64,000 bases of DNA from Planctomycetales bacterium (GCA_037441675.1 JBBIRS010000001.1:192001-256000); one strand, 5' to 3'. Positions 11,251 through 20,847 are shown, counted from the first letter of the stretch. Program-made: numbers and translations. Notes: generated by a model not told the origin, from the sequence alone.

Positions 11251-11964
11251 CTAAAGTAAAATTTTCTCAATTTCCTCTTCAACCTCATTCTCGCCCGGAA
11301 AGAAATTAAAATGCCCAAAGATAAACCCCGCCATATTCTTAACAAGCCTGTATAGTTCTTCCGTTTCAACGGACTTAAGCTCTCTAGTTGGGAAATCAAG
11401 CTCTTCCCTGTGAAGGATAGTTCTAACATTTTGGAATCGCACGCCACTTGGATTGCTAGTGAAAGATAATCCCTCTGCATCAAAAACTCTCATACTCACA
11501 AAGTAAGGTAAGGGCTGTTTTAGAGATCTTTCGAACTCTTGCACAAGTCTAGCGAAACAACTAAGCGCAATCAGAGTTGACCATGGCTTAAAGTCATACT
11601 CTATTCTCTTATGTCCTTTGGCAATCTCATGCTCACCGTTAATCTCCTCTCTAATGGCAAGGGGAAAAAAGACGGTATGCACCCCTTGTCCGTCTAATGA
11701 CGCAATTCTCAAATGGTGTCCGACGGGAAGGATAAATTCTTTATTGAATAGATTCCAAGTGGACTCAACAAATTCCCAACCACGCAATTCAAAGTTGAGG
11801 ATAAAGGTAGGAAACCTCGAATAATCAACTTGAGTGCCAACTTCTGGAGAAGCGGCGGCAACAAGCATTCCCTTACCCTCATAGGGTATCTTCCTTGAGA
11901 AGTAGTAAATTCTTTCAAGGCGCGTTCTTGCAATTTCAGTATCATCCATTTCTGACTTCTCCAT
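11251..11964 (-). CDS. Hypothetical protein; weak resemblance to the C-terminal domain of AlbA/Schlafen-type proteins
   Basis: 237-aa ORF with protein-like composition; PLPYFVSM..DAEG and LHREELDFP...LVKNMAGFIFGHF patterns. Confidence 0.6.
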   Translation of the reverse strand: MEKSEMDDTEIARTRLERIYYFSRKIPYEGKGMLVAAASPEVGTQVDYSRFPTFILNFELRGWEFVESTWNLFNKEFILPVGHHLRIASLDGQGVHTVFFPLAIREEINGEHEIAKGHKRIEYDFKPWSTLIALSCFARLVQEFERSLKQPLPYFVSMRVFDAEGLSFTSNPSGVRFQNVRTILHREELDFPTRELKSVETEELYRLVKNMAGFIFGHFNFFPGENEVEEEIEKILL

Positions 11965-12066
11965 ATCGCATGAAGTGATATATACACTTGAAAATACCCA
12001 AATTAATCTTAAATCATCCGAGATTTCGGAAATTCCTGGAACTTTCCGTTGTTCCCCCCCTTACAA

Positions 12067-12540
12067 TTAGAGAATTTCAATAAAAATTGAATTCCCCAGC
12101 TGAAATGAAAGGTCAAGCTCGCGAAGGAGGTGAAGAAGATCTTCTTCATTTTGACGTTCAATTCCAATTACTAAGTCAGGAAAATTTCCAAGCTGGTCAG
12201 TAGGGTAAGTTAAAGGCGCAGAAGTAATAGAGCGAATCCATCGACCTGCTGGGGTGTTTTCCATTCTCTTCTCATTTTCAAATGCTCTTCTCGGAGGTGT
12301 CAGCTCCCTGCTGGTAAGCGCAATCCCGAAGACAATCCTTCCTCTTTTAGCCCTATTTCTAGCCACAATATCAACTAACTCATAAGTTATCCATTCAGGC
12401 ATTTCATATGATGGTAGATTGACGCCAAGAACTTCGTATGAACCATCTGAAAGAACACTTTGAAAGAGTCTCATCACTAGCTCTTCCCTACTAGGCTCTG
12501 TAATTTCCATTCCCGCCTCCAAATTTCTTGTTTTCCACAA
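12067..12540 (-). CDS. Hypothetical protein; possible degenerate PD-(D/E)XK fold
   Basis: 157 aa (start uncertain, MEIT is an alternative); VDIVAR...IVFGIALT..EL pattern. Confidence 0.55.
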   Translation of the reverse strand: MWKTRNLEAGMEITEPSREELVMRLFQSVLSDGSYEVLGVNLPSYEMPEWITYELVDIVARNRAKRGRIVFGIALTSRELTPPRRAFENEKRMENTPAGRWIRSITSAPLTYPTDQLGNFPDLVIGIERQNEEDLLHLLRELDLSFQLGNSIFIEIL

Positions 12541-12768
12541 TTTTAACCACTATTTCCTTCTAAGGAGCATAGTCCCGATAAACCTTCTAACGTGCTCTTC
12601 CTGATTTCTAAAAAGGATTTACTGCACGGGCCACACTCGTTAGGTAACCATCTAACAGTTTGATGACATTTGCGCTAGGTGCTCACATTCAATTCTCATC
12701 AATTCTCATACAATCCTCAACATAGTTGCAAGCCCTGCGGGAAACGTTCTAAGAGAATCCATATGAAC

Positions 12769-12841
12769 TGGGCGCTAGTGGAATCGAACCACTGGCCTCT
12801 TCGGTGTCAACGAAGTGTTCTAGCCACTGAACTAAGCGCCC
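12769..12841 (-). tRNA. tRNA-Val (GAC)
   Basis: Reverse complement GGGCGCTTAGTTCAGTGGCTAGAACACTTCGTTGACACCGAAGAGGCCAGTGGTTCGATTCCACTAGCGCCCA; cloverleaf, anticodon arm CTTCG-TTGACAC-CGAAG; CCA not encoded. Confidence 0.96.
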
Positions 12842-12849
12842 TTACCCTA

Positions 12850-12920
12850 AGGCGGCACCCGGAATCGAACCGGGGATAAGGGTTTTGCAGACCCTCGCCT
12901 TACCACTTGGCCATGCCGCC
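12850..12920 (-). tRNA. tRNA-Cys (GCA)
   Basis: Reverse complement GGCGGCATGGCCAAGTGGTAAGGCGAGGGTCTGCAAAACCCTTATCCCCGGTTCGATTCCGGGTGCCGCCT; anticodon GCA, U73 discriminator; CCA not encoded. Confidence 0.96.
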
Positions 12921-12934
12921 AAGTCCCTGTAAGA

Positions 12935-12963
12935 ATTATAACTCTGGCATTTCCGAGCGTCAA
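12935..12963 (-). promoter_or_regulatory. Sigma70-type promoter of the tRNA-Cys/tRNA-Val pair
   Basis: Minus strand TTGACG-N17-TATAAT, 14 nt upstream of tRNA-Cys. Confidence 0.85.
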
Positions 12964-13088
12964 ACAACAAAAGTTAAATTCTAAGCAATCACGTCCTGAA
13001 ATACAGTTTACTGATAGTCCTTAGATGTTAGGATACTTCGGTGGTATCCTAGAATGCTATAATGCCTTCTTAGCATAGGGAGAACGTA

Positions 13089-13600
13089 TTGCTAGTTCTA
13101 TCAGTGTTTCTAGCGATAAAGGCGACCCAACTCTTTGTGGGTGTACTCAATTTTTGCATTATTCTTCGCTATCGGGGGCATCTGGCTTTTTAGCGATGCC
13201 TATGAAAGCTTTGATATGGGCTCTGCTACTTCGCATTGATTATCTACTCTGTGTTTGCTGCAGTCTTTCCAATAACCCTCCTCTTGGCTACTTTCTGTTT
13301 GTACAAGCCTACGATAAGGCTACTTCTCAACAATCTGGCGTCAGTCTCCCAAAGCCTCACTTTGCATCAGATGCCCTTAGAATGATGGGTGATTCTCGTG
13401 ATATGGTAATGGACTCAAATATTAAATCTTTCCAAGCTGAGAACGAAATAGCGCCTGCGCCTGAGCCTGATGAGCTTATTAAAGAGAATAAGCTAGAAAC
13501 CGCAGAAGAGCGTGCAAAGGAGCTCCTCAAAGTTGCTCAGGAGTTTAATGATGAAATCGGGATTCGCATGTATAAGAGTTTCATCTCGCTTATCAAGTGA
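13089..13600 (+). pseudogene. Multiply frameshifted membrane-protein gene, paralog of 13677-14262
   Basis: GGIWLFSDAYESFD (from 13174, a different frame from the 13154 ORF) matches GTIWMFFHASEHLD of the neighbour; C-terminal PEPDELIKENKLETAEERAKE...DE...YKSFI matches PEIEQLLAEGKIEEALRLAGE...DE...YRRYI. Confidence 0.6.
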
Positions 13601-13676
13601 CAAATGAGTAATAAAGGTAAATAAGGCTAACATTGACGGGATAACTTTTTTCGACGTTGCCCATAGAAGGCTCTAA

Positions 13677-14262
13677 TTGAAAGTAACCTCAAAGATGATA
13701 ACAACCGGTTTACAAATCGACGAAGCTTATATGACCTACCTAGTGGTAATGATGATAGCTTCTTTCGTCGGAACAATCTGGATGTTTTTTTCATGCTTCT
13801 GAGCATCTTGACTCATTCGCTGCTTTTCTTCTAGTTTCCTTCAACCTGCGGGTGTTTTTACAAACCACTGTTCCATTAGTGTTGTTTGGCTATATTTTAG
13901 TTTGGCTTGTTGCCATTTGGGTGAATAATTACCGCTTGAGAATGGATCAGAAAAGAGAAGAAAAAGAGGGAATAGAATATTCCGCATCTCGCATAGGCGT
14001 AAAGAGAATCTCGTTAAACCCTGAAAAAGAAGCTAAGGAAATGGGGTTTCCGTCGATTTACCCAAAAGATAAACCGAGGAGATTTGAATTAGAATCATTT
14101 GAAACAATTCCAGAAATTGAACAACTTTTAGCCGAGGGCAAGATAGAAGAAGCCTTGCGCCTAGCAGGGGAGCGCTACGAGTTAGCGATAGCTTGCGGAG
14201 ATGAGAAATCCAAAATCGCCTATAGAAGATACATCGATCGCATTCAGCGGGGGGAATGGTAA
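13677..14262 (+). pseudogene. Membrane protein interrupted by a single frameshift in a T7 tract (13785-13791)
   Basis: Upstream frame (TTG 13677/ATG 13695) ends ...GTIWMFFSCF*; deleting one T joins it stop-free to the 13852-14262 ORF. Confidence 0.65.
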
Positions 14263-14435
14263 ATTACAAATCCTTACACGCCCTTTATGATGAATGATAA
14301 AGCCTTAGCAGAAATTTAATAATTACTCATGAAAATAATTTTTGTTAGATATGGCTAGGCAAGCTCTAATCCTGATTGCTTCATCACAGTATGGCTCAAA
14401 GGTTTGCGGTTAACAATCTTCGCTTCTTAACTAAC

Positions 14436-16898
14436 TTACTTAAGATATACCACGGTAACTCCTCTTCCTCCTTCTTCGCTAGTTCCATCCCTAAAACTTT
14501 TGACATACTCACATCTACCCAAGTATTCACGGACAAACTTTCTCAAAGTTCCGCTTCCAATTCCGTGCAAGATATGCACCACCTCTAAATTCTGATAGAT
14601 TGCCTGAGAGATAAAGTTCTCAACCTTAAATAGCGCTTCCTCTCTGTTAAATCCATGCAAGTCAAGGCGGTATGCAGTATCAACTATTTTCCCATCTATT
14701 ACCATATCAAGGCTTTTGCCCAGCTTCGTCTTATCCTCTTTCATAGCCTGAGAAGCTTGCCCCTTCCCGATATTTTCCTCCGTCGCCGATATCAGCTCTT
14801 TGTGAAGAATATTCTTAACTTTCTTGAGGCTAAGCGTAATTCTCTTTCTCTGTGAGAGAATGGTGACCCGATTTTTCTTCTCATCAATTGCTTCAACCTC
14901 TCCTTTAATTCCAACTGCGGGAAGTTCAATCTTCGCTCCAACTCTTAACTCACTCCTTTCAGAATCATCCAAATCCGATTGAATGGGGCTAGTTTCAGCA
15001 ATTTTCGTTAGAGTCTCCTCCGCTTTTTTTTCTATCTCTTCAGTGAGTCGCCTGATATCTTTCTGCATAAGGGTTTTCCTCTGCTCCGTTATTATCTTGT
15101 GCAGGGTACCCTCAGCGGAAGTTAAAAACTCATCCACCTTCGCGTAAAACTCTGTTTTCAAATTTTCAAAGGCTCTCTGAAGCTCCTTTTCTCGCAAAGT
15201 CAATCTGTCTTTAGCCGCTTGAAGTTGGCATTTCAATTCTTCAATTTCAGAGATCTCCATCCTCCTCTTAGTGGTTTGCTCCTCCAGCTCCTCTTTTTTA
15301 GAGTTTATTTCCTTGAGAGCTTCAGAAAAAACCTTATTCGTCTCGCCTAAAGCATTCCTACCTCTCTCGATAATGTCCTCTGATATACCTGAGGATAAAG
15401 CAATCTCAAAGGCAAAGCTTTTTCCAGGAATACCGTCAAGTATTCTAAAGGTTGGCTTAAAAGATTTTTCATCAAACTCTAGCGAGACGATTTTGCAATC
15501 TTTATGGGCAACACCAAAGGCTTTTACGGTATCGTGGTGAGTTGTAACCGCAACTTTTACAGGCTTTTCAAGCAGAAATTCCAAAATAGCTGTTCCCAGT
15601 GCGGCACCTTCGCCCGGGTCAGTTCCCGCTTCTAGCTCATCAATAAGAATAAGTGTTAACCTATCGCTACCCTTAGTTTCTAAGAAATTTATCGTTTCCT
15701 TTAGAAAATTTAGCCTACTTGTGAAAGTGGAGAGATTGTTCAAGAAGCTTTGCTCATCGCTAATATCCACGAATATACTGTCAAATAACCCAATGGTAGT
15801 TCCTTCCCGTACTGGAATTAGGAATCCGTAATAAGTCATTAGGCTAAAAAGCCCGATTAACTTCAGTAGCACGGTTTTTCCACCGGCATTAACCCCACTA
15901 ATTACTAGTCCGCGCTCAGATCTAAACTCTAAATCTTCGGGGACAAAAGACGCCATTAGGGGGTGGCGAGCGCCTACAAGGATAATCTCGCCTTCTTCTG
16001 AAAGTTCTGGAAGAATCCCCTCAATTTCATTACTGTAACTTGCCCTGGCAAGAATTGCGTCAAGTTCCGCTATCACGCTATGGTTTTCTATAATTTCAAG
16101 AGCGTATGGCTTTGCAAATTCTATGAATTCTGTCAGTATTCTCCTGACTTCAATCTCCTCCTCCAATAAGAGTTTCTGGCGTTCATTGTTCAGCTCCACA
16201 ACTTCTTTAGGCTCAACGTAAACGCTCGCACCTGTTAGTGAGTAATCAATTATTAACCCGGGGAACAGGTGGAGCATTCCAGTTGGAATATTCACGGTTA
16301 GCCTATTGTTCCTGATGCTTATGTGGGCTTCCGCATCCTTCCCCTTAAGTCGCATCCGCATCATCCTTTGAATTCTTTCTTCAGTCTCTAGTTGGATATC
16401 GCAGAGTGTTGCCCTTAGAGAGCGAAGGTGCGCTGACGCTGAATCTTTTACTTCGCAATCCTCAGTAAAAATTGCGGAAAACCTATCTCTAAGCTCATCA
16501 AGCCTATTGAGCCTAGCCAATAAATCTGCAAGCTCAGTATATTTTGTTCTTTTTAGCCGACCTTTGAGGCAAAGAGTGCTTTCGTTGCACCTCAAAAAGT
16601 CCCTTAAAGCATTTAGCTCCTCCAGCTCAGGTACCTTTCCGCTCTTTATTTTGAAAGCGAAGGAAGTATCTTCAGGTAGCTTTCCAATATCTAGCTCGTC
16701 TTTCCAGGTTTCGCAGGAAAGAATGTCAACCGCCTCAAGGGTTTCTGTCAGCTTCTTCCTAATATCTTTTGGCTCAAAGGAGAGAGATGCATTCTGCAAA
16801 AGTTTCTTTCCAGCAAGAGACTGACAGAATTCGCTCGCTCGCCTAAGAACCATTTCAAAATCAAGTTCTGCTATTAACCCAATGCTCTGTCTATCCAT
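14436..16898 (-). CDS. mutS2: MutS2 family ATPase with C-terminal Smr domain
   Basis: VKDSAS, GASVYVEP, ARHPL, Walker A SGVNAGGKT, LSTF, DELEAGTDP, TTHH, GIPGKSFA; Smr LDLHG...ILHGIGSGTLR...GGRGVT. Confidence 0.95.
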   Translation of the reverse strand: MDRQSIGLIAELDFEMVLRRASEFCQSLAGKKLLQNASLSFEPKDIRKKLTETLEAVDILSCETWKDELDIGKLPEDTSFAFKIKSGKVPELEELNALRDFLRCNESTLCLKGRLKRTKYTELADLLARLNRLDELRDRFSAIFTEDCEVKDSASAHLRSLRATLCDIQLETEERIQRMMRMRLKGKDAEAHISIRNNRLTVNIPTGMLHLFPGLIIDYSLTGASVYVEPKEVVELNNERQKLLLEEEIEVRRILTEFIEFAKPYALEIIENHSVIAELDAILARASYSNEIEGILPELSEEGEIILVGARHPLMASFVPEDLEFRSERGLVISGVNAGGKTVLLKLIGLFSLMTYYGFLIPVREGTTIGLFDSIFVDISDEQSFLNNLSTFTSRLNFLKETINFLETKGSDRLTLILIDELEAGTDPGEGAALGTAILEFLLEKPVKVAVTTHHDTVKAFGVAHKDCKIVSLEFDEKSFKPTFRILDGIPGKSFAFEIALSSGISEDIIERGRNALGETNKVFSEALKEINSKKEELEEQTTKRRMEISEIEELKCQLQAAKDRLTLREKELQRAFENLKTEFYAKVDEFLTSAEGTLHKIITEQRKTLMQKDIRRLTEEIEKKAEETLTKIAETSPIQSDLDDSERSELRVGAKIELPAVGIKGEVEAIDEKKNRVTILSQRKRITLSLKKVKNILHKELISATEENIGKGQASQAMKEDKTKLGKSLDMVIDGKIVDTAYRLDLHGFNREEALFKVENFISQAIYQNLEVVHILHGIGSGTLRKFVREYLGRCEYVKSFRDGTSEEGGRGVTVVYLK

Positions 16899-17074
16899 TA
16901 TGTATGCAACAAAAGAAAGTATATCTGATAACGTTGGTGAAGGTTTCCCGTTTGGTTTCTCGTTTCAAGTATACAGAAAAACTTAAAATCGGTGGCTTTG
17001 AGAAAGTTTCCTGCCTAGTCTTCCCTAAGTCTCTATTATAGCCAGCAAGAATCAAAGAAATTTTCTTCTAAACT

Positions 17075-17102
17075 GGAACCAAAGCGAAATTCTAGAGTCT
17101 AA
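17075..17102 (+). promoter_or_regulatory. ECF (sigmaE-like) promoter
   Basis: GGAAC-N17-GTCTAA in an intergenic region, directly upstream of a hairpin plus terminator unit. Confidence 0.55.
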
Positions 17103-17108
17103 ATTTAC

Positions 17109-17195
17109 TGACAGCTGTACCTTTACAATTAACCTCTAACCTCAGCTGTCTGGTTGTTATTCCCCCAAGCCCCCATCAAAAGGGGGCTATTTTTT
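17109..17195 (+). ncRNA. Candidate ~85-nt small regulatory RNA
   Basis: Promoter upstream; stem GACAGCTG/CAGCTGTC with a C/U-rich loop; linker TATTCCCCCA; intrinsic terminator; no ATG-started ORF. Confidence 0.45.
17168..17195 (+). terminator. Rho-independent terminator
   Basis: AGCCCCC-ATCAAAA-GGGGGCT followed by ATTTTTT. Confidence 0.8.
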
Positions 17196-17212
17196 GCTAT
17201 AATTTCCCACAG

Positions 17213-19015
17213 GTGAGGCTTCCTCTAGTCAAAGTATTTGTAATTCTGTGGTTGCTCGCGGTAGCTTTTTCAACTGGCGCTAAGGAATTTTACCGCGCGG
17301 AGCTATCCATGCACGCAAGCTCCGCAGAGGTTATCTCATTAACGGTTAACGGGATTGAGATATTTGCGCTTAGAGCAAAACCGCCAATCAAAAAGCTCGC
17401 TAAAGAAATTATGGACGCTTTGAACCAATCCCTTAGGCAAAAGGGAAAGGAAACAGGCATTCTTATCAGTGAAAAAGAAGGTTATCTTACTCTTTCTTTT
17501 TCACCAAAGACATCCTTCAAGATCCCGCTTAGTGAGTTAACGATAAAGGCTGACGAGGATGGCAAAACCGCATCTTTAGTAAAGTCAAGGTTAAACGTTG
17601 CGCTTGGCAAATCTGCGCTGGCAATTGAGCCAGAGGAAGTTGTGGCGCCGGTTGGTGAACCAAGAAATTATAGAATCATAAGTTCGTTAAATCCTTCCAG
17701 GTGGCGCATCCTAAACCCATTTTCCGATATAGTTCGCGTTAATCCGAGCGACGATGGCTTTTCGCTATTTGGGAACAAAGAAGGTTCAGGTTATCTAATC
17801 CTTGAGCAGGGAGTGGTAAAAAAAGAGATACCGTTCAAGGCTCAGTACTTATCCGCCTACCTTCCTGAAAATCTAACACTTGAGTTTGTAGGAGAAAGAC
17901 CCAATTCTGAAGAAATAATAACATTCGCGAAGTCTCAGTTAATAGCCTCCGCAGAAATCTCTCGTGGCTCAAATATAGAAGTTCAGTCAGCCCAAAATGC
18001 GCTCAATTCATCCGAGGTGACGCTAAAGGTGAAAGCAAGCGCAGAGGGAAGGATAAAGGTCAACCGTGAGATACCGGTGTCACTGGAACGCGCAAATATC
18101 AAATTGCGTGAGCCAGATGTTATTCTTTTTTCAAATCGCCCCGAGCAAATTTTCTATCCAGGCGAGCTTTACTCAGCTTCCGCGTCTTTCGGGGAAGTTG
18201 TGCATCTTGTTTACCATCATCAAAATAGAACCGGCTTTCCACTTCTGATTAGGGTTACCTTGGAGAACCTTTCAGGAGCTGAAACTAAATGTCTAATCTC
18301 TGGAGGAACATCTCCATCAATGCTTTCTACTTATGATGTGGGCTTTACGAGTGCTCGTGAAAGGTTGAATAAGTATCAGAGGGGAAAAGGTATGCTCCTT
18401 ACACTTTCTTCATATAGACAAACCGTTCTATGGGAAGGATTAGTCTCAAAAGATTACTCGGTCTCGGGTAATCTTGATATTTCGGTGGTAAAGGGCGGAG
18501 CGGTAGCGCTTAGAGTGATAGCCCTAGATGCCCGTAAACCCCACGGAGTATTCACTGAAATACCAAGCTCGTCATCATCTCAAGCCCCTCTCATTCAAAC
18601 CTACGTCTCGTCACCTCCCCAATTCCATCCTGCCTTCATCCGAAAGGAATTTACATATCATCCTGATGGACACTGGCTTTTTATTCGGCTGGGAAAGGGA
18701 GAAGTAAAGCACAAAAAGACTGGAGAGGTTCTCGCTGGCGATTATGGAGTTCTGTATGAATTTACGGTGACGATAGTAAATGATAGCGTTCAGTTTAAGA
18801 ATATCAACGTATCCTTTGATGCCACTGGCGGATTGGCGCGAGGCATCTTCATCATTGATAATACTCCCTTTGAGACACCAGTAGTTTCTCCAGGCTCCCC
18901 ATATAGGCTTTATTCCTTCATTGTAAGTCCATACGAAAGAAGAGAAGTCAAAATACTCACTACCACTCTTAACGGCTCACACTACCCCGCAAGCCTAATC
19001 TTTTCTTCAGATTGA
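17213..19015 (+). CDS. Secreted hypothetical protein, beta-rich
   Basis: 600 aa; signal peptide (TGA|K); extended -10 TGCTATAAT just upstream. Confidence 0.75.
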   Translation: MRLPLVKVFVILWLLAVAFSTGAKEFYRAELSMHASSAEVISLTVNGIEIFALRAKPPIKKLAKEIMDALNQSLRQKGKETGILISEKEGYLTLSFSPKTSFKIPLSELTIKADEDGKTASLVKSRLNVALGKSALAIEPEEVVAPVGEPRNYRIISSLNPSRWRILNPFSDIVRVNPSDDGFSLFGNKEGSGYLILEQGVVKKEIPFKAQYLSAYLPENLTLEFVGERPNSEEIITFAKSQLIASAEISRGSNIEVQSAQNALNSSEVTLKVKASAEGRIKVNREIPVSLERANIKLREPDVILFSNRPEQIFYPGELYSASASFGEVVHLVYHHQNRTGFPLLIRVTLENLSGAETKCLISGGTSPSMLSTYDVGFTSARERLNKYQRGKGMLLTLSSYRQTVLWEGLVSKDYSVSGNLDISVVKGGAVALRVIALDARKPHGVFTEIPSSSSSQAPLIQTYVSSPPQFHPAFIRKEFTYHPDGHWLFIRLGKGEVKHKKTGEVLAGDYGVLYEFTVTIVNDSVQFKNINVSFDATGGLARGIFIIDNTPFETPVVSPGSPYRLYSFIVSPYERREVKILTTTLNGSHYPASLIFSSD

Positions 19016-19137
19016 ATTTTTCCTCATTAACTTCCTGCCATTAGTTCCCCCTTCTAAGAAGATATTTCCTTCACCTGAACATCCATAGAAAATATTGCGT
19101 CAAATAAACTAGCTTATCCAAATTGCTTTAGGAGGTA

Positions 19138-20115
19138 TTGAAAATGAAAGGAATATTCAAGAGTTTTGCCTTTTCCCTATTGTTAATCTCGCTAGCGTCA
19201 TCCACTTATGCAAAAGAAGATTCAGGGGCGCCTCTGCGCGAACGAGTTAAGAAAGCAGGTTTCCTAAGAATTATCAAGGGGACTTTGGAGCAAATTGATG
19301 CGGATCGTGTAACTATTAGCGTGGAAAGTATCTTAGAACCGCGCGCTGGCGAGTTAAAAGACTTTCCAAAACGTCTCTCTTTAGATCTAAGCGGGAATGT
19401 GCGTTACTGTAAGAACATGGACAAAAATGTAAAACTAGACTCATTTTCCAAAGGTGACAAAGTCGTGGTTATAGCAAAATATTCAGAGGATGGCAGATAT
19501 GAGGTAAGGGCGTTTTTGGATGATAAGAGTGCGTTAAAGATGCGAGAGGGGCTTCAGGATAGGCTTGGGAAGGGGAAGCATAGGCAAGGTATGGATCAGC
19601 GTGATAAATGGGGACAGCGACCCCGCTTTGGTCAGAGTGAAAGATTTAGAGGCAGAGGAGAAATAGGTGCCCGTTTTGGAAGGCGTATTCCACCAGCTTT
19701 TTCCGCAATTTACCTCGGACTCGCAGATAAACCAGGAACAATAAAACTGGAGTTAACGGGTCCTTACCGTCCGATATCTGCGGACAGGCAGTTCCGAGCA
19801 GATACCCTCTCACCTCCTCCCGGCTTTCCCGAAGGCAAGAAAGTAATCGTTGCGAAAGTTGGCGAAAATGCACGCGTTTTAATTAAAAATGAAAAGGCGG
19901 ACATATCTGATCTTGCTAAAGGAACAGAAGTGGTAGTGTTCCTTCGCGGTCTTAGGGCGATGGACGAGTCTGAGCCTATTGTTTTGGTGCTTGCAGACAA
20001 GGAATCTGCGGAGGCTTTTAGAGAAAGACTTATGGAAAAGTTAGAAGCATGGAGAAGTGAACGTGATAAAAAGCAGGAACAACCACGTGAGCGTCGATTC
20101 CCTCGCGAGAACTAA
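19138..20115 (+). CDS. Secreted protein with two repeated small beta domains separated by an Arg/Gly-rich linker
   Basis: AGGAGG RBS; signal peptide (TYA|K); repeats LDSFSKGDKVVVIAK...FLDDKSA and ISDLAKGTEVVVFLR...LADKESA. Confidence 0.75.
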   Translation: MKMKGIFKSFAFSLLLISLASSTYAKEDSGAPLRERVKKAGFLRIIKGTLEQIDADRVTISVESILEPRAGELKDFPKRLSLDLSGNVRYCKNMDKNVKLDSFSKGDKVVVIAKYSEDGRYEVRAFLDDKSALKMREGLQDRLGKGKHRQGMDQRDKWGQRPRFGQSERFRGRGEIGARFGRRIPPAFSAIYLGLADKPGTIKLELTGPYRPISADRQFRADTLSPPPGFPEGKKVIVAKVGENARVLIKNEKADISDLAKGTEVVVFLRGLRAMDESEPIVLVLADKESAEAFRERLMEKLEAWRSERDKKQEQPRERRFPREN

Positions 20116-20179
20116 ACTATTCTTGCCAATTCCTTAAGGTTTATCTAATTCTAATCTTAGCTCCTAAGTATTGTTTCGT

Positions 20180-20218
20180 GAAGACGGAAGAAGTACTCAG
20201 ATAGCTTCTTCCGTCTTC
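20180..20218. repeat. Perfect 14-bp inverted repeat (possible terminator of the upstream gene)
   Basis: GAAGACGGAAGAAG-N11-CTTCTTCCGTCTTC; no clear U-tract. Confidence 0.7.
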
Positions 20219-20278
20219 TCGTAATATGGTAGTTCGTAATATGGTAAAATTTAATGTTAAGAAAATAAGTGGGAAAGA

Positions 20279-20737
20279 ATGGGTAGCCTGAATAAAATTT
20301 TACTTATCGGAAATGTTGGAAGGGAACCTGAGATCAGGTATACCCCTGCGGGAGTTCCAGTAGCTAGATTTTCTCTTGCCACATCGGAGCGATGGAGGAG
20401 TCGTGAAACCGGTGAGCAACAGGACCGAACAGAATGGCACAACATAGTAGCCTTTGGTCGTCTGGCGGAGCAAGTGAAGGAGTACGTTGCGAAGGGACGC
20501 CAGCTATTCGTAGATGGCAGGCTAAGGACGACCAACTGGACGGATGTCAATGGCATTAAACACACTCGCACGGAAATTTTTGCCGATAGAATAATTTTTC
20601 TCGGTCGACGTGAAGGCGAGCAAGCTGAAAGGGGAATTGCCCCATCTGTTGGTATTGAAGTGGACGAGGATTTTACTCTTGATGACCTTGGCCCAGCGGT
20701 GGAAATGGATGACCTCTCTTTAACCCCGGGTGATTAA
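20279..20737 (+). CDS. ssb: Single-stranded DNA-binding protein
   Basis: LNKILLIGNVGREPEIRYT, FSLAT, TEWHNIV, KGRQLFVDGRLRT; acidic tail. Confidence 0.96.
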   Translation: MGSLNKILLIGNVGREPEIRYTPAGVPVARFSLATSERWRSRETGEQQDRTEWHNIVAFGRLAEQVKEYVAKGRQLFVDGRLRTTNWTDVNGIKHTRTEIFADRIIFLGRREGEQAERGIAPSVGIEVDEDFTLDDLGPAVEMDDLSLTPGD

Positions 20738-20847
20738 ACGAGAATGTTACTCCTCAACTCCCGCTTTCACTCTCATCCCTTCCGGTTCAATTAACGCATT
20801 CTTCGCTCAACTGTAAGATAAAATGCCTTTCTCCTTCTCCATTCCAT

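Noticed and set aside
12690..12709. Tandem CAATTCTCAT x2
   Set aside because: Short, with no spacers and no associated element; not a CRISPR or att site
12679..12879. 66-aa plus-strand ORF
   Set aside because: Antisense to the two tRNA genes
13154..13600. 148-aa ORF as an intact gene
   Set aside because: Its N-terminal part is out of frame relative to the paralog-matching motif; treated as a pseudogene fragment
11137..14435. Integrated element at the tRNAs
   Set aside because: No integrase, transposase or duplicated tRNA 3' end seen
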